Shown: positions 42,751-57,063 of the stretch, one piece after another
How positions within the stretch are numbered: position 1 is the stretch's first letter
Layout: each line of letters opens with the position of its first letter
DNA from: Octopus vulgaris
Taxonomy: Eukaryota
Direction: 5' to 3'
Assembly: GCA_951406725.2 (NCBI GenBank)
Contig: OX597816.1
Span: 38,316,001 to 38,380,000, forward strand
Length of the DNA stretch: 64,000 nt
Translations under genes and position numbers: made by a program
The notes under the pieces: generated by a model
What the model saw: only the letters and a program-made list of their open reading frames with translations
Told to the model about the DNA's origin: nothing
Databases searched by the model: none

Positions 42751-44622
42751 GAGACAGACATGGCTGTGTGGTTTAGAAACTCGCTTTGTAATCCCGTAGT
42801 TTTCGGTCCATTCCCACTACGCTGCATCTTGGGCAAGTGTCTTCTACTATAACAATGAGAATGAATTTGGTAGACAAAAACTGAATGGAATCCCGTTGTA
42901 CACACACACACGCACACACACGCGCACACACACACGCACACACACACATACACGCACACACACAAAGATACATTTGCACACATATGCGTACACATGCATA
43001 CACACGCTCACATATATGTATATGTGTATTTGTATTTGTCCGCTCCTCTACCGATAGAATAAGTACCAGGTTTACAACTAAGTACGGACGTTGATTAGTC
43101 CGACTAAATTCTTCCAGCTGATGTCTAACCATTGTTGTAGTCTAATAACTGAAATAAAAAACAAAAAAAATATAAAATATTGTCTTAGATATACTGGGCG
43201 AATAAAAAACCAGATGGTCACGAATGGAATACATTTAATCATAAGTCGTTAATCATATGACGGTTCACCTAGAGTTTAACAATAACAACACTTTAGTACG
43301 GTACATTGACTAATGCATAGCCTCCATTATCTAACAACTTCCCTTTCGACGTTAAGCAATATTCTGTTTTCATATATAGAGTTTGATCTCTGAACATTGA
43401 CTGTTCATATCCTCTGAAAGGTCAAATAATGCTGGCAAACATATTTCTATATTTCTCAGTGAAAAAAAAAATTTATTCCTAAGGTACAAGTTATATTCAT
43501 TATGTGCCCCCATGCACGATAGATCTTCGTTGTTCGATGATGACGCTTCAGTTGTTTGATTGAATGAATTATCTGCTCCTGAATTCACATGTAAATGGCT
43601 GAACGTTCCACAGATATGTGTACCCTTAATGTATTTTTCAGGCGTGATCAGATGACACAATTTGTAACAAGACTGGACCTTTTGAATTACAGGTGCAATC
43701 CGCCCAGCGGGCATCTAAACAGCTTCCGTCTACCGAATTTCACTCACAAATTATGAGTCGACTGCAGGCTTTAGGATATAGCATCTGTCCATGATGCCAC
43801 GCAATGGGATCGAACCCGAAACCTCATGACTGTGAAGTGAGCTTCTTAACCAATCGGCCTTACTGCGCCTACACTCCTGTATCTGACATGATTTTGTAAT
43901 TCCTTATCATCACGTTTCACCACTATCGTGTCAGATAACTCATACACCATTGCCCGGATCCTGTGCAAGTTATCCTGAACAAATCATCTGCTCCATTTGC
44001 ATTCTTTCTGCACGGACACGTTTATATAGCACGTTGATGCTGTGATCCAAAAACGATGCAGGTAAGGCTTGTATTAGAAACCGTTTCTCTGCACTTCAAA
44101 AATATATATCTACTTCACAAAACACTAACAGCAAACGTGGCAAATAAAAGTGGGATAACGAAACAGTATGGCGGATCCAACTGTGTATTTATTTCTGCCG
44201 TAAATGAGGAGAGCACGTCTTTTCACTTGAGACGTGATTTATGAGCAGAGAAATGGATTTGAGGTCAAAAGACGCAGGTGACGCCATGTGATAGCTATTA
44301 TGGTAGGTTGACGTTATTAGAAGAGGAGAAAAATAATAATGAAAGAAATTTCCTGGATTAAAATTGTTGATTCAGGAGTTTATTGCAAGAAGCAGACGAC
44401 AACTAACAGCCCGCTAGTTGTTTCGAGATACTGGTAGTATTGAATCGTTCGTTTCTTTCAATTTTCAACGCTTTTTTATCTTTTTTTTTGAAAAGCAGTT
44501 TATCCAAACTATATTATATAGATGGTGTCTTGTTAACTAATCATCTAGAAACTGTTTTCAAACATACCTTACAAAAAACTAAACCTTCCCAAAGAGAGTA
44601 TGTGTGTAAGTACGTGTGTGTA

Positions 44623-44690
<68 letters not shown>

Positions 44691-45872
44691 CGTCTGTGTA
44701 TGCATGCGTGCGTGTGTGTATGCATGCGTGCGTGTGATCTCTCTCTCTATCTCTTGCCTAGTGCTGACACTTCAAATTTTGCGCTCAGCACTTCAAGTTA
44801 ATACAACATGCGTTACGGAGCTCTCGTTTACCACAAGGTCGAACCGAATATATGGATTTGCTCACACTCAAGCGCACGCATAGACACACACACACACACA
44901 CACATGCACATATACACACATATGTGTATGTATGTGTGTATATATATATATATGCATGTATATATATCTGTGGTGTGTGTGCGTGCGTGTGTGTGTTTGT
45001 GTGTGTTTATGCATGTAAGCATATGAAATATACCCAGTTTGGTGTTGAGAAGTCCATACTTCAAGCGAAAACTGAGAATACGTGTTGAGTAGAGTAAATA
45101 TGCTTACGAGTAGTAAAAGCCCCTACAGGGAGCACGTGATATTATATAGTTGCTAACAGCCGTATCCAGGATGTACTGTTACATATCTTTTACAAAGAAA
45201 GTTAGTTGAAACCTGTGAATAATTAATTGCTGGAAAAAGGCAGAATCGTTAGCACGCCCGACAAAATGCTTCGTCCGTCTTTACGTTCTGAGTTCACATT
45301 CGGCGGAGGTCGACTTTGCCTTTCATCCTTTCGGGGTCGATAAATTAAGTACCTGTTGCGTACAGGGGTCGATTTAATCGACCGGTCTCCTCCCACCAAA
45401 ATTTCGAGCCTTGTGCCTAGTGTAGAAAAGAATATATAGCTGGAAAAACTCCGTATCCAGGACATACTGTTACTTTTTACGAAGAAAGTTAGGAACATAA
45501 TTATTAATGTGCGAGTAATAGAATAGATTGCTTTAGCCAGAAGATTGCTTGGCGACACAAGGCACGTTATAAAACCTGCCACGTGACTTCATGGAAGAAA
45601 CTATTAGTAGCTCTTAATACAGTGGTCATTAAATGGATGGTGTACTTTTCTTGTTAATGTTACCTTAACGGAACAGTAAACTATGTATTGTGTTGGCAAC
45701 TAAGTTTCCACCGTTTTTTTAAATTTTGGAATTTATTGCGTTTTTAAATTTTGGAATCTATTTTTTTCGAGAATTCTATTTTTGAATCATTTTTTTTCTA
45801 GTTAATTTTAGTTAATTTTTGTTTATTTGCAGATCATTTAAATAGAATGTCAAGTTAAGAAAAACGTCTATG

Positions 45873-45908
<36 letters not shown>

Positions 45909-46614
45909 GTATATATATACCGAATATATTTGTATAATAGTGAATCTCATGTAAAGGTCGATCCCCTATTCTGGGTCCAAAAGTTGAGAATTTTCCATAG
46001 ACCCCTTATAAAAATCAACCTTAGTATTTCAGGAGCAACAGGACAACATTTGTGGGTCAAGGTACGGTATTATCCTGTATGTAGAAATAATACTGTCACA
46101 AAATTGCGTACCTATCTTACTGTAGCCTGCTCTATAGAGGAATGCTTGGTGCTTATAGTAAAACACCATTTAGTACCGAGCACTACGCATCTGTTGATGA
46201 GTGCTACATCACCATTACTAAAATGTGTGCATAGGATATGCTGCAATCCTGCATACATCTTCAAGCACAATAAACACATGCGTCATACACTCGTTGTTTA
46301 CATGGTGAGAAATGTGTTTCTTGGACAGCATTATTGGCGAACACTTGCAAACGCCACTGTCTGAATTCATACGAAGACATGACTTCGGTAAGCCTAAAAA
46401 CATTCACTTATTCGCCAGATCAGTGGTTCCCAAACAACCTTTATATTTTCCTCATTTCCAAATACAATAAACATATGCATCATACGCTTGTCTGTTTACA
46501 TGGTGAGAAACAATTTTTCACAGACAACACTATCGGCGAACAACAGCAAACACCACTATAAAATTAGGAATTTAGAATGCATTTATAGTGATGTCAGGGT
46601 TATCCAATTTTTGG

Positions 46615-47092
46615 TGGTAACATTGGCTTAATGACACACTATAATTTAGTCGGTATGAGAGAAAGAGGGGTCACCATCTTGTTCGCAACAACAAGAAAAT
46701 AGAAATTCACGAGAGGCTTGTAATAAGTCATAACTTTTATCACTAGAGGTAATGCGTAAACATACAAGGTTAATTGAAGGAAAGCTTATAATATTACATG
46801 AATATGTTTTATTGGCAGTCGCATGTCTCCAAGTAAGTAAGGTGAACGTGTGCGCGAGCGGGCGTAAAGTGCGGCGGCTTGACTCAATGCCAGCCTAAAG
46901 CTAGACAGACACGGAGTGGCGCGAATTTAGAATTTCTTTCCTTTATATAAGGGATGGGCCGAAAGTCCCCGACTTCCACGTAAACCGGAAGCTTCCAGAA
47001 AGGTCTCGAACATTCTAGAAGCTCAAGGGAGATTACTCTCGTTAAATCCCTTTTCCGTTTGGCTTCCCGTCGTAGCCGCCAGGGGTCGCTAC
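46615..47092 (-). mobile_element. Possible solo LTR inserted in the pogo remnant
   Basis: GC-richer insert that splits TCCAAT...TTGGATGGT (SN..LDG). On the minus strand TATATAAAG lies upstream of AATAAA. Start (T/G)GTAGCGACCCC, end ..TTACCACCA. No clean TSD. Confidence 0.45.
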
Positions 47093-47767
47093 CCATTGGA
47101 TGGTACAGAAGACAATTGTCTATGAGATGACATGGATGATGAACAGGTGGATGATGTGCTACCTCTAGCTATGGCTTGCGAAGATGAAGATGGAGAGAAT
47201 CTTTACGACGATGTCAGTCATCCTGATGATTAGGAAACTTTATCAAGTGCTGAAGATGATGAACAACATGATTTTTTAAAGGATTTTAATGAACTTTTGT
47301 GTTTAAAATGTTTAAGATGTACTACGTACCGTAATTGTAATTTAAAGCTGTATTACTGTAAATTTGTACTTCACTTTTTGTTTGCATAAGTAAAAAAAAT
47401 TGATAATTCATTGGGGTTTTTTATTGACATTATCAATTATTTTGATATTTGTTTTATATTTTGGGCTTTAAGCTTCACTGAATTAATTGAAACTAAAAAT
47501 ACAACAAAGAAATTGGTTCGGTAGTCTCTAATCCAGTCACGAAGGAAACGCTTTCGATGGAGACAGTTGGTGGTGCCAAGTGTTGTGCTTCTACTTCTTT
47601 TATCAATTTTTGGTATTTAAAACATTAAGTTGAATTAATTAAGTTTAATTAATTAGAAATAAAAACGCACCACTAATATACTGTGTCATAATACACTTGT
47701 GATAAGTGTGACTTTAACCATGTATATGAAAATAGTGTAATGTTATTGAGGAGTTATGATGTGAAAC

Positions 47768-48154
47768 GTGGAGGCGCAATGGCCCAGTGGTTAGGGCAGC
47801 GGACTCGTGGTCATAGGATCGCGGTTTCGATTCCCAGACCGGGCGTTGTGAGTGTTTATTGAGCGAAAACACCTAAAAAGCTCCACGAGGCTCCGGCAGG
47901 GGATGGTGGTGATCCCTGCTGTACTCTTTCACCACAACTTTCTCTCACTCTTACTTCCTGTTTCTGTTGTACCTGTATTTCAAGGGGCCGGCCTTGTCAC
48001 TCTCTGTGTCACGCTGAATATCCCCGAGAACTACGTTAAGGGTGCACGTGTCTGTGGAGTGCTCAGCCACTTACACGTTAATTTCACGAGCAGGCTGTTC
48101 CGTTGATTCGGATCAACCGGAACCCTCATCGTCGTAACCGACGGAGTGCTTCAG
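47768..48154 (+). mobile_element. SINE family C, full length
   Basis: 12-bp TSD ATGATGTGAAAC at 47756-47767 and 48155-48166. Confidence 0.93.
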
Positions 48155-48674
48155 ATGATGTGAAACACGCCGAGTAGGTATCAGATGTATGCACTGTATT
48201 TTGGTAGGTAGCGGCATGCCGCTACCGGGTAGATATGTTACTGTTGGTAATATAACTTAATTATGAGATATAAATTGATTTCACTTAGCTAGTCTGTTAA
48301 TGTGATACAAATAAAAGAAAAAGTGTAAATATTTATAAGAGCTACGCGGTCTTGTTTATGGGCTTTGTTATTTACTAGGACAAGTCTTTTGATGCATAGA
48401 ATAGGTAATATTACTGTAATTCATTGTTTTTGATTTTATTCGCTTAGAGATCAATTGGGATTCGCACTGGGGTCGATGTAATCGACTTAATACCTATGTC
48501 TGTCCTTGTTTGTCCCCTCTGTGTTTAGTCTCTTGTGGGTAATAAAGAAATAGGTACTTCGGGTTCTAGTTTGAATTTCAGCCCCTCAAAAGTAGTATCC
48601 ATGTAGTAGTCGACCCAATAAGTTTGACCTCAAAATAATGGTCTAAAAATTTCGACTTTTTCACGAGTATATAC

Positions 48675-48711
<37 letters not shown>

Positions 48712-48964
48712 TACTGGAACTGAACGAGTATTGTGTACCGTGGTCTCGGTGTGAGTGACGTCAATAAATCAAGTAGCTAACACTATACAGAATTGGCCTG
48801 CTGCGGCTCTTACTAACCGATTATCTTTAGAAAACTGTACAAATTTACCTGAATGAATTTGAGGTTCTATGACCATGTAGAAACAGAAACATCACATTAA
48901 CGAATTTGATAACAGTAATTTGAAAGACGGTTGTTTCCATTCGCCTATTTTCTTCTCTACCTAG

Positions 48965-49000
48965 ATCCAATGTTTTGACGAAGAGGAAGAGATAGTGAAG
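48965..49000 (+). other. Candidate 36-nt phase-0 micro-exon (IQCFDEEEEIVK)
   Basis: Polypyrimidine tract ttttcttctctacctag| and AAG|gtaata donor. Purine-rich. Gene not identified. Confidence 0.3.
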
Positions 49001-50013
49001 GTAATACTTCTCCATTAATGTACATAGGCTGGAGATGAACGCTGGAATGGTGCCCAAATTAATTGAGTTGATACTTCAGCCTTTCCACTCGACCTACTGC
49101 GACCCCTAAACACCCAAACTGAAAGCGATAACAAGACAAAGTCTTTGGAAGTTAGTTTACTGCTGAGATTTCGCCACATTAAATTGCTTTCTACAACCAG
49201 ATCGCTTTATTACTTCTGTTCTGGTGATTTGAGTAAATATAATTAATAAATATTTATTGATTTCGTCCGTTGCCTTTGATCTTCTGCCTGTTGTAGTGAT
49301 TAGTACACACTAATGCCAGATATCTGTACTTACCATTCTAATGTACAGTTCCGACTGTTTGCACACTTGTTACGCTTGATGAATTCAACAGTAAAATATT
49401 ATCCGTTTTCAAGGAAGATCTTTTACTGTGTCAAATACTAGTGTATATGTGTGCGTGCGCGTGTGTGTGCGTGTGCTCGCGCCTGGTTATATTATTTTAA
49501 TTTTTTTTTTTGCCATATATTGATCAGTAATTCTACGCCACCCTCGGGACAGGAAAATCTGTAACATCTTAGAAACAATTCGAGAGCGAGTGACAGTGTG
49601 TGTTTAGATAGAATATAAAAGCTTGTCACACAATATGTGAGTCGACATGAATATCATAATATAATAAATTTAGTTAACAATACAATGAGATTCATATAAT
49701 CTATCCGATCGAATGTTTAACTTCACTTTTTTATTCCAAACTTTACTAATTATTGATATCAAGTGTTGGCACAAAGCCAGCAATTTCGGGAAGGGGAAGG
49801 GGCTAAGTCGATTATATCGACCCCCCCCCCCTCCCTAGTGCTCAACTGGGACGTATTTTATCGACACCGAAAGGCAAAAAGACAATGTCGACCTCGGCGG
49901 AATTTTAAGCATTTCTCCGGGGTGCTAACCATTGTACGAGCTCGCTACCCTGCCTATATTAATACCATTTGATCATAGTCTACACGCGTACACTCACATA
50001 AGTATAAGTATAA

Positions 50014-50058
<45 letters not shown>

Positions 50059-50105
50059 CATATATATATAATATATACATGTAGATATATATATGTATAT
50101 ATATG

Positions 50106-50136
<31 letters not shown>

Positions 50137-50317
50137 GTATATATAACTAAAAGGCACAAGTATAGACGTCACTAAAGTGTGTGAGTTACTACTCAGCACC
50201 AGCATCGCTAGAACTAAGAACCAGAACAACTCTTAGCCACGGAGAAGCACTTAACTAATGATTGACAGGGAAGAAAGGTCCCTACAGCAATTCATTAATT
50301 CTCATCAGTCACTCTCA

Positions 50318-50396
<79 letters not shown>

Positions 50397-50397
<1 letters not shown>

Positions 50398-50770
50398 GGC
50401 GGTGAGCTGGCAGAATCGTTAGCATGTTTAGCGGCATTTCGTGTTCTGCTACGTTCTGAGGTCAAATTCCGCCGAGGTCGATTTTGCCTTTCATACTTTC
50501 GGGGTCGATGAATTAAGTACCAGTAAAACACTGGGGTCGATATAATCGACTAGCCCCCTTCCCCAAATTTCAGGTGAGCTGCCAGAAACGTTAGCACATC
50601 GAGCAAGAGCTTAGCGGTATTTCGTCAGTCTTTACGTTCTGAGTTCAAATTCCGCTGAGGTTGACTTTGCTTTCATCCTTTCGGAGTCGATAAAATAAGT
50701 ACCAGATGAGCACTGGGGTCGATGTAATCGACTAGCTCCCTCTCCACAATGTACCCATAGTAGAAAGGAT
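50397..50770 (+). mobile_element. Tandem pair of SINE family A copies following (TTA)n
   Basis: Two heads (GGTGAGCTG) at 50401 and 50573, each followed by the central domain. Confidence 0.85.
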
Positions 50771-51586
50771 TATCATTATGATTATTGAGTTTGTTATTAC
50801 CGGGACTTTATCCAAATTGTAGTGAATGAAAAGTGAATTTGATCCCAGAACCTCAAGAAAATTAAACTAAATGTGCAATACATTTAGCCTAGAGTTCTAG
50901 TATTTCAGCTACCTCTACTGCTGTGTGAGTAATGTGTGGTTGTGTGATTGTGAATGCTGAGTTGTTACAGACCTTATTTGGTACACAAAACTAGACTTAA
51001 TTTGAGATATGTTAGATCATTTCCGAATAGGCAAACATACTTCAGAAACTTGAGAAAGAAAATCGGAATTTGTCAAGAATCTGGGCAGAGTTATAGCGAT
51101 TTCTTTGTTGACAATTCCACCATGAAGTATCCTCATATATCAGTTTAACTTTGTATCATAATGGAATCATAATCCTGCTGGGATGAGCAGTCAAATTGGT
51201 TTCACCTCTTCCACCAACCCAATCTCACAGCTAAAGATCACACCCTTAATTAACATCGCCGGGAGATGGTCAAATGATGAACGAATTCTGAGAGATCCAA
51301 TGTCATTCGAGCTTGATATTTGCAGAAAGAGGAGGGTGACAAATAGAAGTATAGTCTAAAAGGAAAAAAAAAAAGAAAAGAAAAAAGAAAATTGCAGATG
51401 GCGTTATAAAGACAAATTAGATAAAGTATAGATGAGGGTGTAGCTAAAAAGCTGGCTTTACAACCACGTGGTTTCGGGTTCAGTCATACAGTGCGGCACC
51501 TAAGTCGGTATCTTCTACTATAGCCCCACACCGACTAATGCCTTGCAAGTGAATTTGATAGACGGAAAGTGTGTGGAGGCCCGAAT

Positions 51587-51637
<51 letters not shown>

Positions 51638-51658
51638 TATGCAGACGCGCATGCACTA

Positions 51659-51716
<58 letters not shown>

Positions 51717-51718
<2 letters not shown>

Positions 51719-52015
51719 ATTTGTATTTGTGTAACGTTCTCCGTTTTTTTCTTCCGTCCTTGTTTTCGTATACATTCGCTGCTTTCTTCCAAGGAATCTA
51801 ATGCTCTTAGCTTAAATTTTCCTTGGGGCTGGCCAGATTGGAGCAATCTCGAGTATAACCAGCCGAAATTGCAAAGATAATCTGGAACTCGACTGAGGAA
51901 AGAAAACTCCGAATGACCCGTCCTTGTTTTTTTTGTATCGTCTATCTTGATGTTTTGTTGTCCCTTTTTTGTATCACCTAACTGACTGGATGTTTTGCGT
52001 TCTTGTCCCATTTTG

Positions 52016-52018
<3 letters not shown>
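51717..52018 (+). mobile_element. (TA)n-embedded structured element, family Y
   Basis: Flanked by (TA)n. Stems CCAAGG/CCTTGG, GGCTGG/CCAGCC and AGATTG/CAATCT. Related to 15433-15560. Confidence 0.55.
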
Positions 52019-52071
<53 letters not shown>

Positions 52072-52098
52072 AAATAAGTAACAGGATCTCCAGAGATG

Positions 52099-52186
52099 AT
52101 GCAGTATGATCGTTTCAAGCGACTCCATTTAATTGAACAATACAATCATTACATCAATTTAAATGCAGAGCTATCCTCAGCTGCAT
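52099..52186 (-). ncRNA. Type-I hammerhead ribozyme motif (family Z relative, about 52068-52250)
   Basis: Minus strand ATGCAG-CTGAGGA-[long stem II]-GAAA-CGATCA-TA-CTGCAT. Tail GGAGAT..TGTT(A/G)CTTATTTTGAT-(TA)n is shared with the 17601 element. Confidence 0.78.
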
Positions 52187-52554
52187 AAATAAATAAAATA
52201 AATAGAATTTATTTAATCAGTCAGACACATTTGTATAAGTTTATCTAAATCTTCTAAGAGGGTAAGAAGACAGACAAGGTCCATGCTGTTTTCACTTCAG
52301 CTTAGAAGCTACTAAACCTTCAGGAAAAAAAAAACTTGTTAGAGATCTAGTTTGTCACTGATTTTTGAGTCGGTTTTTATTCATAGTCTTGTTTATCAAA
52401 TATCTGTATATCAAAATCCAAGACCAAAGATCATTGTCTGATTAGGAAAGGGCCCGAGGGAGTTGACAGAATCATAGTGGGTATAGTCATAAAGCTTGTC
52501 AAGATTAGTTTGAAGTTAATTGAAAACCACACATCCATTTCCAAGTAAATTTAA

Positions 52555-52622
<68 letters not shown>

Positions 52623-52667
52623 GTATATATATATACATATATACAGACATATATATATATATATATG

Positions 52668-52699
<32 letters not shown>

Positions 52700-52704
52700 G
52701 ACAC

Positions 52705-52736
<32 letters not shown>

Positions 52737-52779
52737 CATATATACAGACACTATATATATATATATATATATATATACA

Positions 52780-52855
<76 letters not shown>

Positions 52856-54125
52856 AAAGGATGGATGAGCTCATTGTGAGCCGATGGCCATCCACATGAG
52901 TGATGTCTTGTAAAAACATCCCGCACGCGGTCTGAGAAATTATGCAGCTGGTTCAAGTCCGTAGCCACGAAAACTCCAATAAAAGACACATTGCGCTCTT
53001 GAACTGGAGTCGACGAGCGATGTGACGAAGAGTGAAAAGAGATAGGGTTAGACTGCACGTTAAAGTGTAAAAATAAATGGCCAAGTAAACTTCGCTATTG
53101 GCACGGAACTATGATCTGTAAACAGTATTTCGTTATTTATTTGACAAAGGCGGCGAACTGGCAGAATAGTAAGCGCACCGGACAATATTCTCAGCGGCAT
53201 TTCTTCCAGCTTTACACTCTAAGTTCATATTCCGCCAAGGTCGACTTTACCTTTCATCCTTTCGGGGGTGGATAAGATACGTAGCAGTTGAGCACTGAGG
53301 TCATTGAAATCGGCCGTCTTCCTCCTCCCCTAAAACTTCAGCCCCTGTGTCTATTATAGGCAAAAAAAAAAAGCGGGGATGGGCAGAGTGATTAGGGAAA
53401 ACAATTTAATGAAAAATTAAGAGATTGTTCAAATGTAATTTTGCTATTTACACGACTGAATTTTATCGAATAATTACAAATTTTTATTGTTAGTGCAAAA
53501 CCACGTTAAAGTCAACCATGGTGGCTGCTTTAAAGCCCCTCATCAGTAGTATATTCTTATTGTGGGTTCTTTCAATGAACTGCGGTCAAACTGGGGCAAC
53601 AACTTAAAGGATTTTATAAATTATATCAAGCGTGTTGTTTTATCTTATACATATTTCATCGACTCTTGAACGAAGAAATGCAAAGTCGACCAGTGCAGGA
53701 ATTAAACTCAGAAGTGTTACTAAATATCACATTGCATCATATCCGATACTTTCCTGGCACTTCCAAGAAAATCCTTTGATAAATTTCCTAGCGTTGGTTT
53801 GATTTTTGTTTTAATTGCAATTTAATTGTTGTAATTTATCTTGATAAATAAGTCATCTTATTAATAATGTAGCTTATTTATAATATTAATAATAATCTTG
53901 TTAATAATGTTATTAATAGTTACCTTGTCAATAATTATCTAATCAATAATTCAATTTCCATCGGTTTCCATTTTATAGTATTTGACCATTTGACATATCC
54001 TACGGCTTTCGTCGATTCTATCCAGATTAATAACCAATTACTGCTATTCAATCTGCTTTGCTACGATCCATAAAAACCAAACAATTCAGGCCTTCACAGG
54101 AAATTGTCTATAATTGAATAATTAC

Positions 54126-54198
54126 CTTCCCAGTAGTCTGATGGTCGATTTGATAGAACGAAACAACCAATCTCCATTACATCTTTGTCAATAACCTT
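54126..54198 (-). other. Candidate 73-nt exon (KVIDKDVMEIGCFVLSNRPSDYWE)
   Basis: catctttcag| acceptor and AAG|gtaatt donor. Only one frame is open. Unidentified. Confidence 0.3.
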
Positions 54199-54612
54199 CT
54201 GAAAGATGATACTTAAACGAATAAGAGTGGGAAATTTGACTGGCTCCATTTTACTATTAAACAGTGGAATACCAACGACTGCTAAACGATTTACAGAGCA
54301 GTTTAATACATTATATGAGTATTCATGTATTCTTTTATTGGTTCCATTCATTGAATTTCGGCCGCTCAGGGTCACAACTTTCAAGGGTTTTAATAATCGA
54401 TTACATCGACTCTACTACATTGTCTGGTACTTATTTCATCGATCGTGTGAGATACAAAATGTGAAGTAGGCATTAACATAAAAGGATTTCAATCGGTTAT
54501 CGTTCAGAGTATTATTGCTTTCTGTGCAAATGAACTGGGGTTTTTATTCCTCATCCTACTGATATATATATATGTGTGTGCGTGTAGGTATAAATATGTG
54601 TAGGGTTGTCTA

Positions 54613-54679
<67 letters not shown>

Positions 54680-55060
54680 ATGCATGCATGCATACTATGA
54701 ATAAACCTTATTCATCGTATAGCTTTGCCGTGTTGCTTTTATAACAATATTCTCTGATATTTTACTTTACGCACTGTGTGCGTGCGCGTGCGAGCGTGTA
54801 TTTGTCTGTGTGTGTATTTATGCATATACATAAAATCATGTAGACTCCAAGAAGACTGTTGTTAGTCTGCGTCGGTGTCGTTGTTTCGTAAAACCAACTA
54901 TACATATATTATATCATCTGTGAACTATATATATAAGTAAATAAATGGAGTTGAACGAAGATGTTATTAAAATTCTTTTACTTTCGACATATGTTTCGAA
55001 GACAACATTGGTTTTATTCCAAAGGAATAAAAAACGCTGTAACATGCAATCTTCTCATCA

Positions 55061-56243
55061 TCTTTTCAAGTTGTAGATTGGTTTACTTCTATTACTAATA
55101 AGGTTAACACTAAATTTATTCAGTTTGATATATCTAGCTTCTATTCATTAATCAACCCTATTATACTCAATAAGGTACTCTGGCATGCGCACAATAAAGC
55201 AGGCCTCTCTAGAGAAGAAATTAGTGTGGTACTGGCTGCTAGAAAATCATTCATCAAGTTCGATAACAAGTCGTGGGTCCGGAAGGATACTCCCAATGCG
55301 TTCGATGTCCTTCTGGGGAGTACAGGTTCCGCTCAAATTTCTGATTTGGTCGGAATATATATACTTTATGAAATGGCCGACCAGTTCCCGGACATCTGTG
55401 GAGGTCTATATCGTGATGACTGTCTGCTTTACCTCCAAAACATTTCAAATCAAAAAATACAGAAGGTTAAGAATTGATTGGTTAGGTTTTTTAGTAGAAT
55501 GGGCTTTCACATCGTTTTTGACGATGAGTTAACTAAAGCTAACTTCTTAGATATTACTCTTAATTTACAAAATAACTCGTACTTCCCCTACCACAAACCT
55601 TCCACAAATCTCAAGTATATGAGTCCTTACAGTAATCACGCTAGGGCAATTACTAAGAATTTAGTTAAAAACATTTCACTTAGATTATCTAAATTATCCG
55701 CCAATGTTGACATTTTTAACGACAGGGCAGAATTTTATAACTCTGCCTTGGTTGAAGCTAGCTATAAAGAGAAAGGGACATATATTGATTCTGCTCAATC
55801 TCGTCCTTCATCTACTGTTCAAGACAAAAAATCTAATTGTAATAATAAGAGTGATTTTAATTCTAATATTGTAAACAACAAAAAACATAATAAAATTCCT
55901 TTACGTTATTTAAGCTCATTTTTTCACTCTAGAGGTATTTCACCTTCCTATAAAGATAATACCACTTACAATTTGAATGTTACTAGGAAAACTATCTGGT
56001 TTGTAATTCCGTTTGGAAAGAAAATTAAATCGAATCTTCCTTTGCAATTCCGTGAAGTGGTTGGTAAGAACTTTCCAAAAAATTCTAGATATTATTCGAT
56101 TATTAACTCTCATATAGTTAGAGTTGCCTCCTCCAACACAAAGAATCTTTCACAAATTATATCTTCTCACAATACTAATCTGCTAAATAAAAGTTCATTT
56201 TCTGGGAGTTCCAACATTAATCTTGTTAATTCCAACCCCTCAC

Positions 56244-56334
<91 letters not shown>

Positions 56335-56791
56335 TAATAATAATGATAGCAATAAAAACATGGTTTTGGTCTCTGAGGACAACCCCAACAGAATTAAATT
56401 TATGTCTAATAATTCTAAGATCAAGAATTCTATATACCAGTGTAAAATTTCTTGCGTTACCGATGTCTACTTCTACATAGGCGCATCCTCTTCCCAGTTA
56501 TCTAAGAGAATTTCCAATCATTATTCATCATTTAGGAATAGCAGTAAACGCCATAGCACAGGGCTAAATAAATTGGTTTGGCATCTTAAAGACAACAATA
56601 AAGATTTTAAGTTAGATTGGTTCATCCTGTCCATATCTTTTCCTTACGATAAGGGCAAGGGATTTTGTAACATTTGCAACTCTGAACTCTTCCATATTCT
56701 CTTCTCTAAGAATCACCTTATTAACACACTTATAGAGCGATCTTACAAATGTAAACACTGGCAGAAACATACCTTTAGCTCATATAAGTGA
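55061..56791 (+). pseudogene. Penelope-type reverse transcriptase plus GIY-YIG endonuclease (single frame, one TGA at 55475-55477, in-frame poly-Asn)
   Basis: FIQFDISSFY, GSTGSAQISDLVG, GLYRDDCL, NFLDITLNL, YHKP and SNH in the RT. SIYQC..YIGAS..KRISNH and CNIC..LIN..E..CKH in the endonuclease. Confidence 0.95.
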
Positions 56792-57063
56792 TTTCGTCAG
56801 TCTTTATAGTTTCAACAGTTAGTTTAACTTGCACTTTACTTCAATAGAGAAATCTACTTCTAAACCTTTTAACATTTTTCAACCAACGTATCCCTCTTTA
56901 TTTGTTCTCTACTTATTATTTCTTTAACCCTTCTCTTTCTAGTAACTGCCTTTGACATCAAATCTACTAACGGTTTTTTTTAAATACTTAATAACGTTCT
57001 GTTTATCATTTAGGCAGTCATCGTATTTGTTATAATGTCTTGTTGTTGAGATAGGCTCTCTTT

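Larger units (their letters stand above)
45907..48676 (+). mobile_element. Decayed pogo/Tc2-type DNA transposon with nested insertions
   Basis: Termini CCGTATATA.. and ..CGAGTATATACGG with subterminal GTCGA(C/T)CC repeats. Acidic pogo-like C-terminus (SN)..LDGTED...DFLKDF at about 47095-47290. Confidence 0.6.

Noticed and set aside
50950-51350. Protein-like unique sequence
   Set aside because: No convincing splice sites or motifs. It is probably a highly decayed LINE fragment.
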